A stretch of DNA of 64,000 nucleotides from Eledone cirrhosa (Eukaryota), in assembly GCA_964016885.1 (NCBI GenBank), contig OZ024742.1, positions 33,294,001-33,358,000 on the forward strand. Direction: 5' to 3'. A program made the translations under genes and the position numbers. Of the stretch, positions 41,853-53,100 are shown piece by piece (position 1 is the stretch's first letter; every line of letters starts with the position of its first letter). The notes beneath the pieces were generated by a model that ran no database searches, had not been told where the DNA came from, and saw nothing but the letters and a program-made list of their open reading frames with translations.

Positions 41853-42917
41853 ATTGTATCATGTGCTACGGACGACGCAGGAGCAATGGTCGGCCAACAT
41901 AAGAGCTTCGTCACTCTTCTGAAGAGAGAAAATCTATCTGTATTTGCTGTTCATTGTGTCATTCATCGACAACACTTGGCTGCGAAGAAATTCAGCAAGC
42001 CTCTGAGCAAGTCCTTGCAGGTGGCCATTGATGTCATCAATTTTATCAAACGGCATTCCCTCAATGAATGAATTTTCCAGCAACTGTGCCAAGATAATGA
42101 CGAAGAATTCGTCAAGTTGCTCTTTCATACTGAAGTGAGGTGGCTTTCAAAGGGCAAGTGCTTTACTCACTTCTTTCAACTCTTCGACTTTATCATTGAG
42201 TTTCTGCGAGGACGCAACACAGAACTGTACAAGAAAACCCTCGATGTGAGGCAAGACTGCGCCTACTTCACCAACATCTTCGACAAATGCAATAGCGTCA
42301 TTTTGGCTTTGCAGGGGAAGAAGATCACCTTGCTTAAAGAAAGGAATGCTGTGAAAACATTCCTGGCCAAATTGAATGTCATCGAAAGGAATCTTTGTTG
42401 ACGGGAATTCTGTAATTTTCCTAGTGTCGCCAATGTTCAAAACATTGTAAGCGATGACCAACTCCAAATTTATACCACTCACCTCCATGCGCTACAAGAC
42501 AACATGAGAGAACGGTTTGTCGACCTTTTGCCGATGGACATCCCAATGTGGATAGCAGATGCTTTCATAGCTAATGTTGACGATTTGGACGTTAAATTTC
42601 AGGAAGAATTCATTGAACTTCAAGCAGATGACATGATCAAAATAAGATTTCCCAAAATAGGTGAACCCCTTTTTGGGATGCAAGAGGAAATTCAGCATTG
42701 ATTTCCACACCTACATGCAGAGGCTAAGAGATTTTCTCTGCCTTTTCCAAGCTCATACCTAGTCGAGAGGAGGTTCGGTGTTGTTTCCAGACTGCACAGT
42801 AAGGCTCGCAACCGCTACAATGTAATTACACGTGGAGATCTCTGGCTACACCTTAGGAAAATTCAACCTCACGTCAAAGAGTTAGCTAGACTCCATGAAG
42901 TTCAAGGGTCCCATTGA
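41853..42917 (+). pseudogene. Buster-family transposase pseudogene (catalytic + dimerisation regions)
   Basis: ATDDAGAMVG, HCVIH, HTEVRWLS, FPSSYLVERRF...QGSH*; stops ending at 42071, 42401, 42701. Confidence 0.9.
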
Positions 42918-43476
42918 AATGAGTCAAAGTTAAAGTAGGTTGATTTATCCTAAAACTTGGATATGCTATTGTTACAAAGCAAACTAACAATTGTTTTATT
43001 TGTAGTTGCAGTCTGACTGGTAGGAAACCATCTACTACAATTCAATTACTCATTTGTTGTATATATTTTACCATTCATTAATAAATATACCCTCCCGTGT
43101 GGTCATGAAAACCCTCTTCCGTGGTCGCTAAGCTCACAGAGCAGGGGGACATCAAGTTTGATATCAACATTTATTCTGTCCGTTTCATTAAAGGGAACAT
43201 TGGAAAGCTTTGAAATGATATAATTGCCACTTTCTTCCAGATAAGAGCACTCTTGGGATAGACAGAGTTGCTCTTGTATAAATGTTCCTGGTGGGAATAT
43301 AACAAATTCAACTGGTCCTTATTCATAAAAAAGAACATTTATGTTCCTTTTTTTGAAATTTATATATTTCCTTTCAAGGAATGTATTTATACTCTCAGCT
43401 GCCTGAATATTGTTAATCAATTTTTTTAGTAATCTACTGATATCAAAATCAGTAGTATATTGAAAAATGGGAAAAT

Positions 43477-43491
<15 letters not shown>

Positions 43492-43566
<75 letters not shown>
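43492..43566. repeat. ~75-nt poly-G tract
   Basis: Direct inspection. Confidence 0.9.
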
Positions 43567-43568
<2 letters not shown>

Positions 43569-43712
43569 CATGATTTCAAGGGACAAAAGGGGGCGTTTGG
43601 CCTAAATGGGTTGAGAACCTGTGCTCTACATAATGAATTGAGTGGTTTCTTTTTTTGTTTGTAAACACACAAGGCTGGGTACAGTTGAAAGAAAAGCAGC
43701 AGTCAACACATA

Positions 43713-44183
43713 ATGTTCACCCGTTCCGCGGTGGCAAACCCCTCGTCTGAGATGCCACTTGCACCGACACTTTCTGCAGCCGCAACCTGGTTCAGTCTGC
43801 AACTGACCCAGGTTCTGCAGCGCGTCGGGCTTAGGGGTCCAGACTCCTCAAATACCGGTCGTTCTCCGACAGGTTTGCAGTCGTACCCCTGGCAGTGGAG
43901 ACTTCTGGTGTCCTCGGCACCAGGGCTACCTCCTTACTCACCACCATAGGCGTTGAGCTGGCCAGCCACAGGTGTGAGCCCCGCGAGTTGGAGTGGCTTT
44001 TCCAGCGCGTCTCCCTTGCCGTCCTCCGGGGAAATGCCTTCTCCATTCTGTCCGCCGGGGCTGTGGGTGGGCCCTATCGCGTACCGTTGTAGTTGCTGTA
44101 TACAGGTATTAACTCATCAATCCCATTGTCCTAATAATATACCATCCAATATTTTTCTACATATATTATTGTTTGCCTGCATG
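43713..44183 (+). mobile_element. CRE-clade non-LTR retrotransposon 3' end (RLE domain + 3' UTR)
   Basis: HPFRGGKPLV*DATCTDTF...KY...PLAVETSGVLG...FQRVSLAVLRGNAFSIL. Confidence 0.8.
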
Positions 44184-44485
44184 TTTTCTCTTTCTCTTAA
44201 TTTCGAGTATATTTTTTTGACCGGCCACCTTCCTGGTGGCAAGGTTGTAAAAGAAAAGAAATTGTCATCCCTTGAATCGCAAGAATGTTTTGCATATTTT
44301 GAAGGTGCCAGCTATCGCAGCCATTTGTAGACTATGAATTAGGGAGCTGCGCTTTTTGTCCACAAATCCAAGTTCAGTCATACTTTGGTCCAAGCGGGTT
44401 GGTATATAACCCGTAGCTCCAATAATGATGGGTATGAAGCTAAAGGTGTATCTTGGATACTGGATTTGTAAACTCCTCATCAATG
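44184..44485 (-). mobile_element. R4/Dong-like RLE retrotransposon 3' end, copy A (~300 bp)
   Basis: PIIIGATGYIP...KICKTFLRFKG* + 3' UTR. Confidence 0.82.
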
Positions 44486-44793
44486 TATGTATGTATGTAT
44501 GTATGTATGCATGTATGTATGTATGTATGTATCTATGTATGTATCTATGTATGTATGTATCTATGTATGTATGTATGTATGTATCTATGTATGTATATAT
44601 GTATGTATGTATCTATGTATGTATCTATGTATGTATGTATGTATGTATGTATGTATGTATGTATGTATGTATGTATGTATCTATGTATGTGTCTATGTAT
44701 GTATGTATGTATCTATGTATGTGTCTATGTATGTATGTATGTATGTATGTATGTGTCTATGTATGTATGTATGTATGTATGTATCTATGTATG

Positions 44794-44827
<34 letters not shown>

Positions 44828-45045
44828 TGTATGCATGTATGTATGTATGTATGTATCTATGTATGTATGTATGTATGTATGTATGTATGTATGTATCTAT
44901 GTATGTATCTATGTATCTATCTATGTATGTATCTATGTATGTATCTATGTATGTATCTATGTATGTATCTATGTATGTATGTATCTATCTATGTATGTGT
45001 CTATGTATGTATGTATGTATGTATGTATGTATGTATCTATGTATC
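44486..45045. repeat. (TATG/TATC)n microsatellite
   Basis: Direct inspection. Confidence 0.97.
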
Positions 45046-48000
45046 CTGCATGGTCAACCTTGACAGAACTCATAGACAGGGACCCGGTTACTGGAAGCTC
45101 AACTTGTCCTTACCGGCAAGTAAGGCTTACAGGAACCGGATTAGCACTTTAGTTAAGGAGCGGTTGACGGGCGCCATCGTCAACAGCAGGTGGTGGGGAT
45201 CTCTCAAAAGAGAGATTAGAGTAGTCTCTATAGAATTTAGTAAGGAGTTAGCCTCAAATAGAAATAGGAAGGAAAGGGAGTTGGTAGATAGTGTAGAAGA
45301 GGCAATTAGAAGCGGCGACGTGGCCAGAGTGCTAGCGTCGAGAACGGCCCTGGGCCAGTTCTTCGACGCGAAACACGAAGGCTGCATCGTCCGAAGCAAA
45401 ATACGTGCTCTGGGAAACGAGGGGACCAAAGCTGTTAGCTGGGCCCGCGTGACAGAAGCCAAAAGAGGGAGCAGATCCACTATCCGGTCTTTGCGAGACC
45501 AGGATGGACGGGTGATCCTTGAACCTAAGCAGATGTGCGAGGCTTTTCAAAAGCACTTTGCCGGATTGTTCGGAAGGGGCGGGGGGCCGGTTGGGGACGT
45601 GGACTTCGGTCCATACCTCGACGGCCTGCCGCGTCTCTCGGACAGGGAGGCGAAGTCCTGCGAGGAGCCGATTTCAGCCGCTGAGATAGAGGACGTGCTG
45701 AGCCAATGCGGCAAATGCAAATCCCCGGGTCTCGATGGTCTTCCATACGAACTATATCTAGCTATGCCGGACTTGTTCCCCGAACTCCTCGAGGCGGTCT
45801 ACTGCAACTGGCAACAGAACGGGAGAATTCCCTGTGCTGTGACCAAGGGCGTAGTCACGCTAGTGAGGAAGGACGAGAACAAGGGGGACGATATAAATAA
45901 TTTCAGGCCCATAACTCTGCTAAATACAGAGTTACAGATTTTGGCCAAGGTGCTAGCAAAGAGGTTGGCGCTTGTCGTGGGCAACCTGGTGGGAGATGCG
46001 CAGACATGTGCTATCCCGTCCAGGTCCATCCACGATAACCTCCACCTCATGCGATACATCATAGAGAGGGTTGGGAACGAACCCGGCTTTGGTGGGGCCC
46101 TGATCAACTTGGATCAATCTAAGGCATTCGATAGGGTCGACCATGGTTACCTGGATGCGGTGCTAGCGGCGGCAGGCTTCGGACCCGTTTTCAGGGGCTG
46201 GATCAATGCCATGCACAGCAGCCGCATCTGCTCTAGGGTCAAGGTGAACGGCTACCTCTCGGAGCCGTTCGAAATCGCGCGGTCCATCCGACAGGGGTGC
46301 CCTCTCTCCTCCCTTCTGTATGTAATGACTCTAGAGCCACTGCTGCGGAAGTTGGAGTTGTTGCAGGGCATCCCGTTGGAACCGGGATTGCGGAAAGCTG
46401 TGTCAGCCTACGCTGATGACGTAACAGTAATGGTGTCGACGGCCTCGGAAATCAGGGCGATCGGCACCTTACTGGAGGAGTACGAAAGGTTTACAGGGGC
46501 TAAGCTGAACCGGAACAAATCGATTGGTCTGCAACTCGGCACGTGGAGGGGCAGATCGATGCCCTCCGATAGCGTCGTCGGGCGCTGGACGGAGGGCCCG
46601 GTGAAGTTGCTCGGGGTCTGGTTCGGACCAGACCTCCAGGTGGAGAAGAACTGGGGTGAGGTGACGAACAGGGTATTTGCACTGACCCAGAAGTGGGCCG
46701 AGTGCAAACTGTCCCTGAAAGGACGGGCGGAGGTGGCGAACACTTATATAGCGTCCGTCATCTACTACCGCCTGACCGTGGTGCCTTGCCCAAGGGAAAC
46801 GCTCGCCAAAATGGAGCGCGCACTCTTCCAATTCCTTTGGAAGAAGCGGGCTCCTATGGTGAGGAGATCCATCTGCTGTCAACACCCTTCGAAAGGAGGG
46901 CTGGGGATGCCGTGGCTAATGATACGTAAACACGCATTAAGGCTACGGCACCTTCAGGTATTCCTCTCCGGTCAACCGGTGTGGGCCCCGTTTGTAAGGC
47001 AAGCCTTTCCCCAGACTTGTCTCACTCACCGAGCTGCAATCCTGGGTCAAGCAAAGACCGAGAAAACTGGGCGCCTGGCACACCGAGTGTGCCCAGGCAC
47101 TCACGGCTCTCTGGCAGGCGGACCCGGCTGTCAGTGGAGAATCCACCTCGTCATTCTATAGAGGGCTGGTGGTTAGCAGGTGCGACGACGCCCTCGGAGA
47201 AGCCCTAGGCATGGAGGAAGACGAACTGGCCAACCTGTTCGGTAGGACATTCAGCCCGGGACCCATGGATAACTTCCAGAGGTCCCTGGCCTGGCAATGC
47301 TACAGAAGGGCTCTGCCCGTTCGAGAAAGGCTCTACAGACACGGGCGCCCGGGTAGGGACCCATCGAAAAAGATCTGTCCCAGATGCGTGTGCGACGAGG
47401 AAACCGTTGCACACGCATTGGTACACTGCTCGGGCATTGCCGATCTGTGGGGTTATGTCGAACAACTGCTGTCAAGGGTGGGACCAATCCGGTTGACCAC
47501 CGAGTCTATTGTAACGATCAAGCCGCCTCCCCTCTTCAAAAACGAAGGAGAGGCGGTGTTTCTGTGCGTAATAGCCATGGCGAAAGAGGTTGTATGGTGG
47601 ACGCGTCTGAAAGGACTGAGGTCAGACACCTTTCTCTCTGGCCAACAACTGGTCCGTTTCTTCCGATATCATTTCGGAAGAAGGATCAGGATGGAGAGGG
47701 AGGTGCTGCACCCCAGCCGTTTCTATGAAAGATGGGTGAAAGTGGCGAGAATGGCCCGTGTGAATGGGCCTTCACTCTACATCAGACTATAGGTGAGGAA
47801 GATGAAAGACCAAGGGAGCACCCCTTCTCTGTGCTCCTGAGGAGAAGGGTTGCACACTTTTTTCGGGGGTGTGTGCGACCCCCCAAGGCGCCTCCTCTCT
47901 ATTGAGGACTTTGTTATAAATTTTATTTTTTGTTATATTTTATTTTATTTTTATATATTGTTATTGCCTCCTCCTTATTGAGGACGCCTTGTTTTCTAAA

Positions 48001-48056
48001 CTCCCCCCCATTGTACTTGTCCCACTTTTGATGCCCTGGTGGCAAATAAAAGAAAC
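45046..48056 (+). mobile_element. Tx1-clade (L1 group) LINE copy 1, 5'-truncated just after the APE domain
   Basis: GYWKLN, KSPGLDG, FRPITLLN, LDQSKAFDRVDH, RQGCPLS, YADD, CPRC-x8-H-x4-C; one +1 frameshift near 47010; ends aataaaagaaa. Confidence 0.92.
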
Positions 48057-48113
48057 ATATCTATGTATGTATCTATGTATATATCTATGTATATATCTAT
48101 GTATGTATGTATG

Positions 48114-48144
<31 letters not shown>

Positions 48145-48643
48145 GTATGTATGTATGTATGTATGTATGTATGTATGCATCTATGTGTGTATCTATGTAT
48201 GTGTCTATGTATGTATGTATGTATCTATGTATATATCTATGTATGTATGTATGTATGTATCTATGTATGTATCTATGTATGTATGTATCTATGTATGTAT
48301 GTATCTATGTATGTATGTATCTATGTATGTATCTATGTATGTATGTATGTATGTATGTATCTATGTATGTATCTATGTATGTATGTATCTATGTATGTAT
48401 GTATCTATGTATGTATGTATCTATGTATGTATGTATCTATGTATGTATGTATCTATGTATGTATGTATCTGTATCTATGTATGTATCTATGTATGTATCT
48501 ATGTATCTATGTATGTATCTATGTATGTATCTATGTATCTATGTATGTATGTATCTATGTATATTTCTATGTATGTATGTATCTATGTATGTATCTGTGT
48601 ATGTATCTATGTATCTATGTATGTATCTGTGTATGTATCTATG
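48057..48643. repeat. (TATG/TATC)n microsatellite
   Basis: Direct inspection. Confidence 0.97.
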
Positions 48644-49339
48644 TTTTCTCTTTCTCTTAATTTCGAGTATATTTTTTTGACCGGCCACCTTCCTGGTGGC
48701 AAGGTTGTAAAAGAAAAGAAATTGTCATCCCTTGAATCGCAAGAATGTTTTGCAAATTTTGAAGGTGCCAGCTATCGCAGCCATTTGTAGACTATGAATT
48801 AGGGAGCCGCGCTTTTTGTCCGCAAATCCAAGTTCAGTCATACTTTGGTCCAAGCGGGTTGGTATATAACCCGTAGCTCCAATAATGATGGGTATGAAGC
48901 TAAAGGTGTATCTTGGATACTGGATTTGTAAACTCCTCATCAATGGTCCGTAGATGTCCTCCTCCTCCTGTATTTTTCTGACAACGTTTACATCAAGTGG
49001 GCAGCTGATCACAACAGAACACGTTTTCAATGTGTGGTCCCAAACAACAATATCAGGCCGGTTGTGCTTTAATTTGGTGGCAGTTTTTATTTTCAGGTTC
49101 CACCAGTATTCCTTAGTGCCATCTGTCTCAATATATTCTTTCTCGTTTGTTGTTAATTTTGTTTTCCGAAGTGCGTTCCAGATGGTTCTAGCTATCCCAT
49201 CGTGTCTCATGGGGAGGTAGTAGCGAGATGACATTCTTTCGCAGCTGGCAACAATGTGGCTTACATCCTCGATCTTTGTTTTACATAGCCTACATTTATT
49301 GTCAGCTGCTGGCCCTCCTCTTTTGTGCAGCAGATATTG
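48644..49339 (-). mobile_element. R4/Dong-like RLE retrotransposon 3' end, copy B (~700 bp)
   Basis: CRLC-x8-H-x4-C knuckle, RHD, NRPDIVVWD, PIIIGATG. Confidence 0.88.
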
Positions 49340-49626
49340 TATGTATGTATGTATGTATGTATGTATGTATGTATGTATCTATCTATGTATGTATCTGTGT
49401 ATGTATCTATGTATGTATCTATGTATTTATCTATGTATGTATCTGTGTATGTATCTCTGTATTGTGTATGTATCTGTGTATGTATCTATGTATGTATCTA
49501 TGTATGTATCTCTGTATTATGTATCTGTGTATGTATCTCTGTATGTATGAATGTATGTATGTATGTATGTATCTATGTATGTATCTATATATCTATGTAT
49601 GTATCTATGTATGTATCTATGTATCT
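49340..49626. repeat. (TATG/TATC/TCTG)n microsatellite
   Basis: Direct inspection. Confidence 0.96.
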
Positions 49627-52268
49627 CTGGTAGATAAAGTAGAAGAGGCACTTAGAAGTGGCAACGTAGCCAGCGTGCTAGCGACGAGAATGGCCTTGGA
49701 CCAGTTCTTCGACGCAAAGCATGAAGGCTGCGTTGTCAGAAGCAAAATACATGCTCTGGGAAACGAGGGAGCCAAAGCTGTTAGCTGGGCCCGAGTGACG
49801 GAGGCAAAAAGTGGCAACAAGTCCACGATTCGGTCTTTGAAGGACCAAGACGGATGCGTGATAAGTGAGCCGAAGCAAATGTGCGTGGCCTTTCAGCGGC
49901 ACTTTGCTCAACGGGCAGGGCGGCGCACCGGGAGGGGCTATGGATTTTGGTTCATAACTCGACAGCCTACCGCGACTCTCGGACAGCGAGGCGAAGTTCT
50001 GCGAAAGGCCGGTTTCGGCCGCTGAGATAGGGGACGCGCTGACCCAATGCGGCAAACGCAAATCTCCAGGTCTCGACGGTCTACCCTATGAATTTTACGT
50101 AGCAATGCCGAACTTGTTCTCCGGTCTACTGCAACTGGCAGCAGAATGGGAGAATTCCCAGTTCTGTGACCAAGGGCGTAATCACGTTAGTCAGGAAGGA
50201 GAACAAGGGGGATGACATAGGCAACTTCCGGCCCATAACTCTGCTCAACACAGAGTTACAGATTTTGGCCAAGGTGTTGGCAAAGAGGCTGGCGCTTGTC
50301 GTCGAAAACCTGGTGGGAGAAGCGCAGACATACGCAATCCCGACCAGGTCCATACACGACAACCTCCACCTCATGCGATACATCATAGAGAGGGTAGGGT
50401 GTAAACCTGGCTTCGTTACCTGGATGCGGTGCTCGAGGCGGCAGGCTTCGGAGCCATGTTCAGGGGCTGGATTGCTGCAATGCACAGCAGCAACATCTGC
50501 TCAAGGGTCAAGGTCAACGGCTACCTCTCGGAGTCGTTCCATATCATGCGATCCATCCGACAGGGATGCCCTCTCTCCTCTCTTCTGTATGTACTGACTC
50601 TCGAGCTACTACTGCGGAAGTTGGAGCTATTGCAGGGCATCCCTTTGGAACAGGGACTGCAGAAAGCGGCGTCGGCCTACGCCGATGACGTGACAGTAAT
50701 GGTGTCGAGCACCTCGCAAATCGGGGAGATCGGCAACTTACTGGAGGAATACGAAAGGTTCGCAGGAGCGAAGCTGGACCAGGACAAATCCGTCGGTTTG
50801 CAACTCGGAACGTGGAGAGGCAAACCGATGCTTTCCGATGACGTCGTCGGACGCTGGACGGAAGGACCGGTAAAGCTGCTTGGGGTCTGGTTTGGTCCGG
50901 ACCTCCAGGTGGAGAAGAACTGGAACGAGGTAATGGCCAAGGTGTTTGCGCTCACCCAGAAGTGGGCCGAGTGCAAACTATCCTTGAAAGGTCGAGCGGA
51001 GGTGGCGAACACTCTTATAGCGTCCGTCATCTACTACCGATTGACCGTCGTGCCTTGTCCAGCCAAAACGCTCACCAAAATTGACCGCGCGCTCTTCCAA
51101 TTCCTTTGGTGAGAAGATCCATCTGCTGCCAACACCCTTCAAATGGAAAACTGGGGATCCCGTGGCTGACAATGTGCAAACACGCGCTCAGGCTGCGGCA
51201 CCTCCGCGTATTCCTCACCAGACAACCGGTGTGGGCCCCATTCGTGAGGCGAGCCTTCCCACGACTCGTTTCGCTGACCGAGCTGCAGTCCTGGGTCAAG
51301 CAAAGACCGAGGAAAATGGGTGACTGGCACATTGAATGTGCTCAGGCGCTCACAGTCCTCTGGCAAACGGACCCGGCGATCTGTAGACTCCACTTCGACA
51401 TTCTATGGAGGGTTGGTCCGCAGCAAGTGTGACGACACGCTTGGATAAACTCTAGGCGTAAAGGAGGACGAACTGGCTAGTCTGTTCAGTAGGACCTTCC
51501 GCCCGGGACCAATGGACAACTTCTAAAAGTCCCTGGCCTGGCAGTGCTACCGAGGAGCTCTACCAGTTCGAGACAAGCTTTACAGACACGGGCGCCCGGG
51601 TAGGGACCCTCGAAAAAGATCTGTCCGAGATGCGTGCGCGACGAGGAAACCGTCGCACACGCATTCGTACATTGCCCGGGCGTTATCGACATGTGGGGCT
51701 ATGTAGAACGACTATTGTTGCGGGTGGGACCAATCCAATTGACCACCGAGTCCATTGTCATGATCAAACCGTCACCCTCCTTCAAAAACGAGAGAGAGGT
51801 GGTTTTCCTATGTGTTATGGCTATGGTGAAAGAGGTTATATGGTGGACGAGGTTAAAAGGGCTGAGGTCAGACACCTTTCTCTCCGGCCAACAACTGATT
51901 CGTTTTTTCAAATATCATTTTGGAAGAAGAATCAGGATGGAGAGAAAGGTGCTGTACCCCAGCAAATTTTATAAAAGGTGGGTGAATGTGGCAAAGATGG
52001 CCCGAGTGGTTGGGCCTTCTCTCTATATAAGCCTGTAGGTTGAGGAAAAAGAGGAAGAGAGGAAGGGAGTACTCACTCTTGGTGCTCCTGGAGATGAGGG
52101 TTGTACATTTTTTCGGGGTGTGTACAACCCCTGTGTAACACCTCCCCCCTTTTGGGGATTTCAATTGTTATTTGTTATTGTATTAATAGTTTTATTTTCA
52201 TATACCTGTATGTAAACTCCCCATTTGTATCTGTCCCCTTCTTTGTGCTCTTGTGGCTAATAAAGAAA
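49627..52268 (+). mobile_element. Tx1-clade LINE copy 2, diverged subfamily with several deletions
   Basis: Colinear with 45281-48056, many synonymous differences; LDQSKAFDRVDH deleted near 50414; ends gtggctaataaagaaa. Confidence 0.9.
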
Positions 52269-52338
52269 TTTATCTATATATCTCTGTATGTATCTACATA
52301 TATATCTATGTATGTATCTATGTATGTATGTATCTATG

Positions 52339-52675
52339 TTTTCTCTTTCTCTTAATTTCGAGTATATTTTTTTGACCGGCCACCTTCCTGGTGGCAAGGT
52401 TGTAAAAGAAAAGAAATTGTCATCCCTTGAATCGCAAGAATGTTTTGCATATTTTGAAGGTGCCAGCTATCGCAGCCATTTGTAGACTATGAATTAGGGA
52501 GCTGCGCTTTTTGTCCGCAAATCCAAGTTCTGTCATACTTTGGTCCAAGCGGGTTGGTATATAACCCGTAGCACCAATAATGATGGGTATGAAGCTAAAG
52601 GTGTATCTTGGATACTGGATTTGTAAGCTCCTCATCAATGGTTCGTAGATGTCCTCCTTCTCCTGTATTTTTCTG
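52339..52675 (-). mobile_element. R4/Dong-like 3' end, copy C (~340 bp)
   Basis: Near-identical to copies A and B, same 3' junction. Confidence 0.85.
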
Positions 52676-53038
52676 TATGTATCTATGTATGTATGTATGT
52701 ATCTATGTATGTATATATGTATCTCTGTATGTATCTATGTATGTTTCTCTGTATGTATATATGTATCTATGTATGTATGTATCTATGTATATATGTATCT
52801 CTGTATGTTTCTCTGTATGTATCTATGTATGTTTCTCTGTATGTATCTCTGTATGTATCTATGTATGTATCTATGTATCTCTGTATTATGTATCTGTGTA
52901 TGTATCTATGTATCTATATATGTATTTATGTATATATCTCTGTATGTATCTATGTATGTATCTATGTATGCATCTCTGTATGTATCTATCTATGTATGCA
53001 TTTATGTATGTATTTATGTATGCATCTATGTATCTATG
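52676..53038. repeat. (TATG/TATC/TCTG)n microsatellite (continues 53101-53213)
   Basis: Direct inspection. Confidence 0.95.
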
Positions 53039-53100
53039 TTTTCTCTTTCTCTTAATTTCGAGTATATTTTTTTGACCGGCCACCTTCCTGGTGGCAAGGT
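53039..53100 (-). mobile_element. R4/Dong-like 3' end, copy D (62 bp, 3' UTR only)
   Basis: ttttctctttctcttaatttcgag...ggtggcaaggt, same 3' junction. Confidence 0.85.

Larger units (their letters stand above)
40900..43623 (+). mobile_element. Non-autonomous Buster-type hAT transposon with both TIRs and 8-bp TSD
   Basis: TIRs caaaggttctcaac / gttgagaacctgtg; TSD ctctacat at 40892-40899 and 43624-43631 (nnnTAnnn). Confidence 0.95.

Noticed and set aside
41853-42917. Domesticated ZBED5/ZBED8-like host gene
   Set aside because: Multiple stops, missing N-terminus, intact TIRs and TSD.
43492-43566. Poly-G as a functional G-quadruplex
   Set aside because: Homopolymer length is unreliable in assemblies; it lies in transposon subterminal sequence.
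44453-45045. MYVC-repeat N-terminus of the 902-aa ORF as a fusion protein
   Set aside because: Read-through of the TATG array into a truncated Tx1 ORF2; no evidence of expression.
44184-52675. R4+Tx1 units as one segmental tandem duplication
   Set aside because: Tx1 copies are much more diverged than R4 copies and all 5' truncation points differ.
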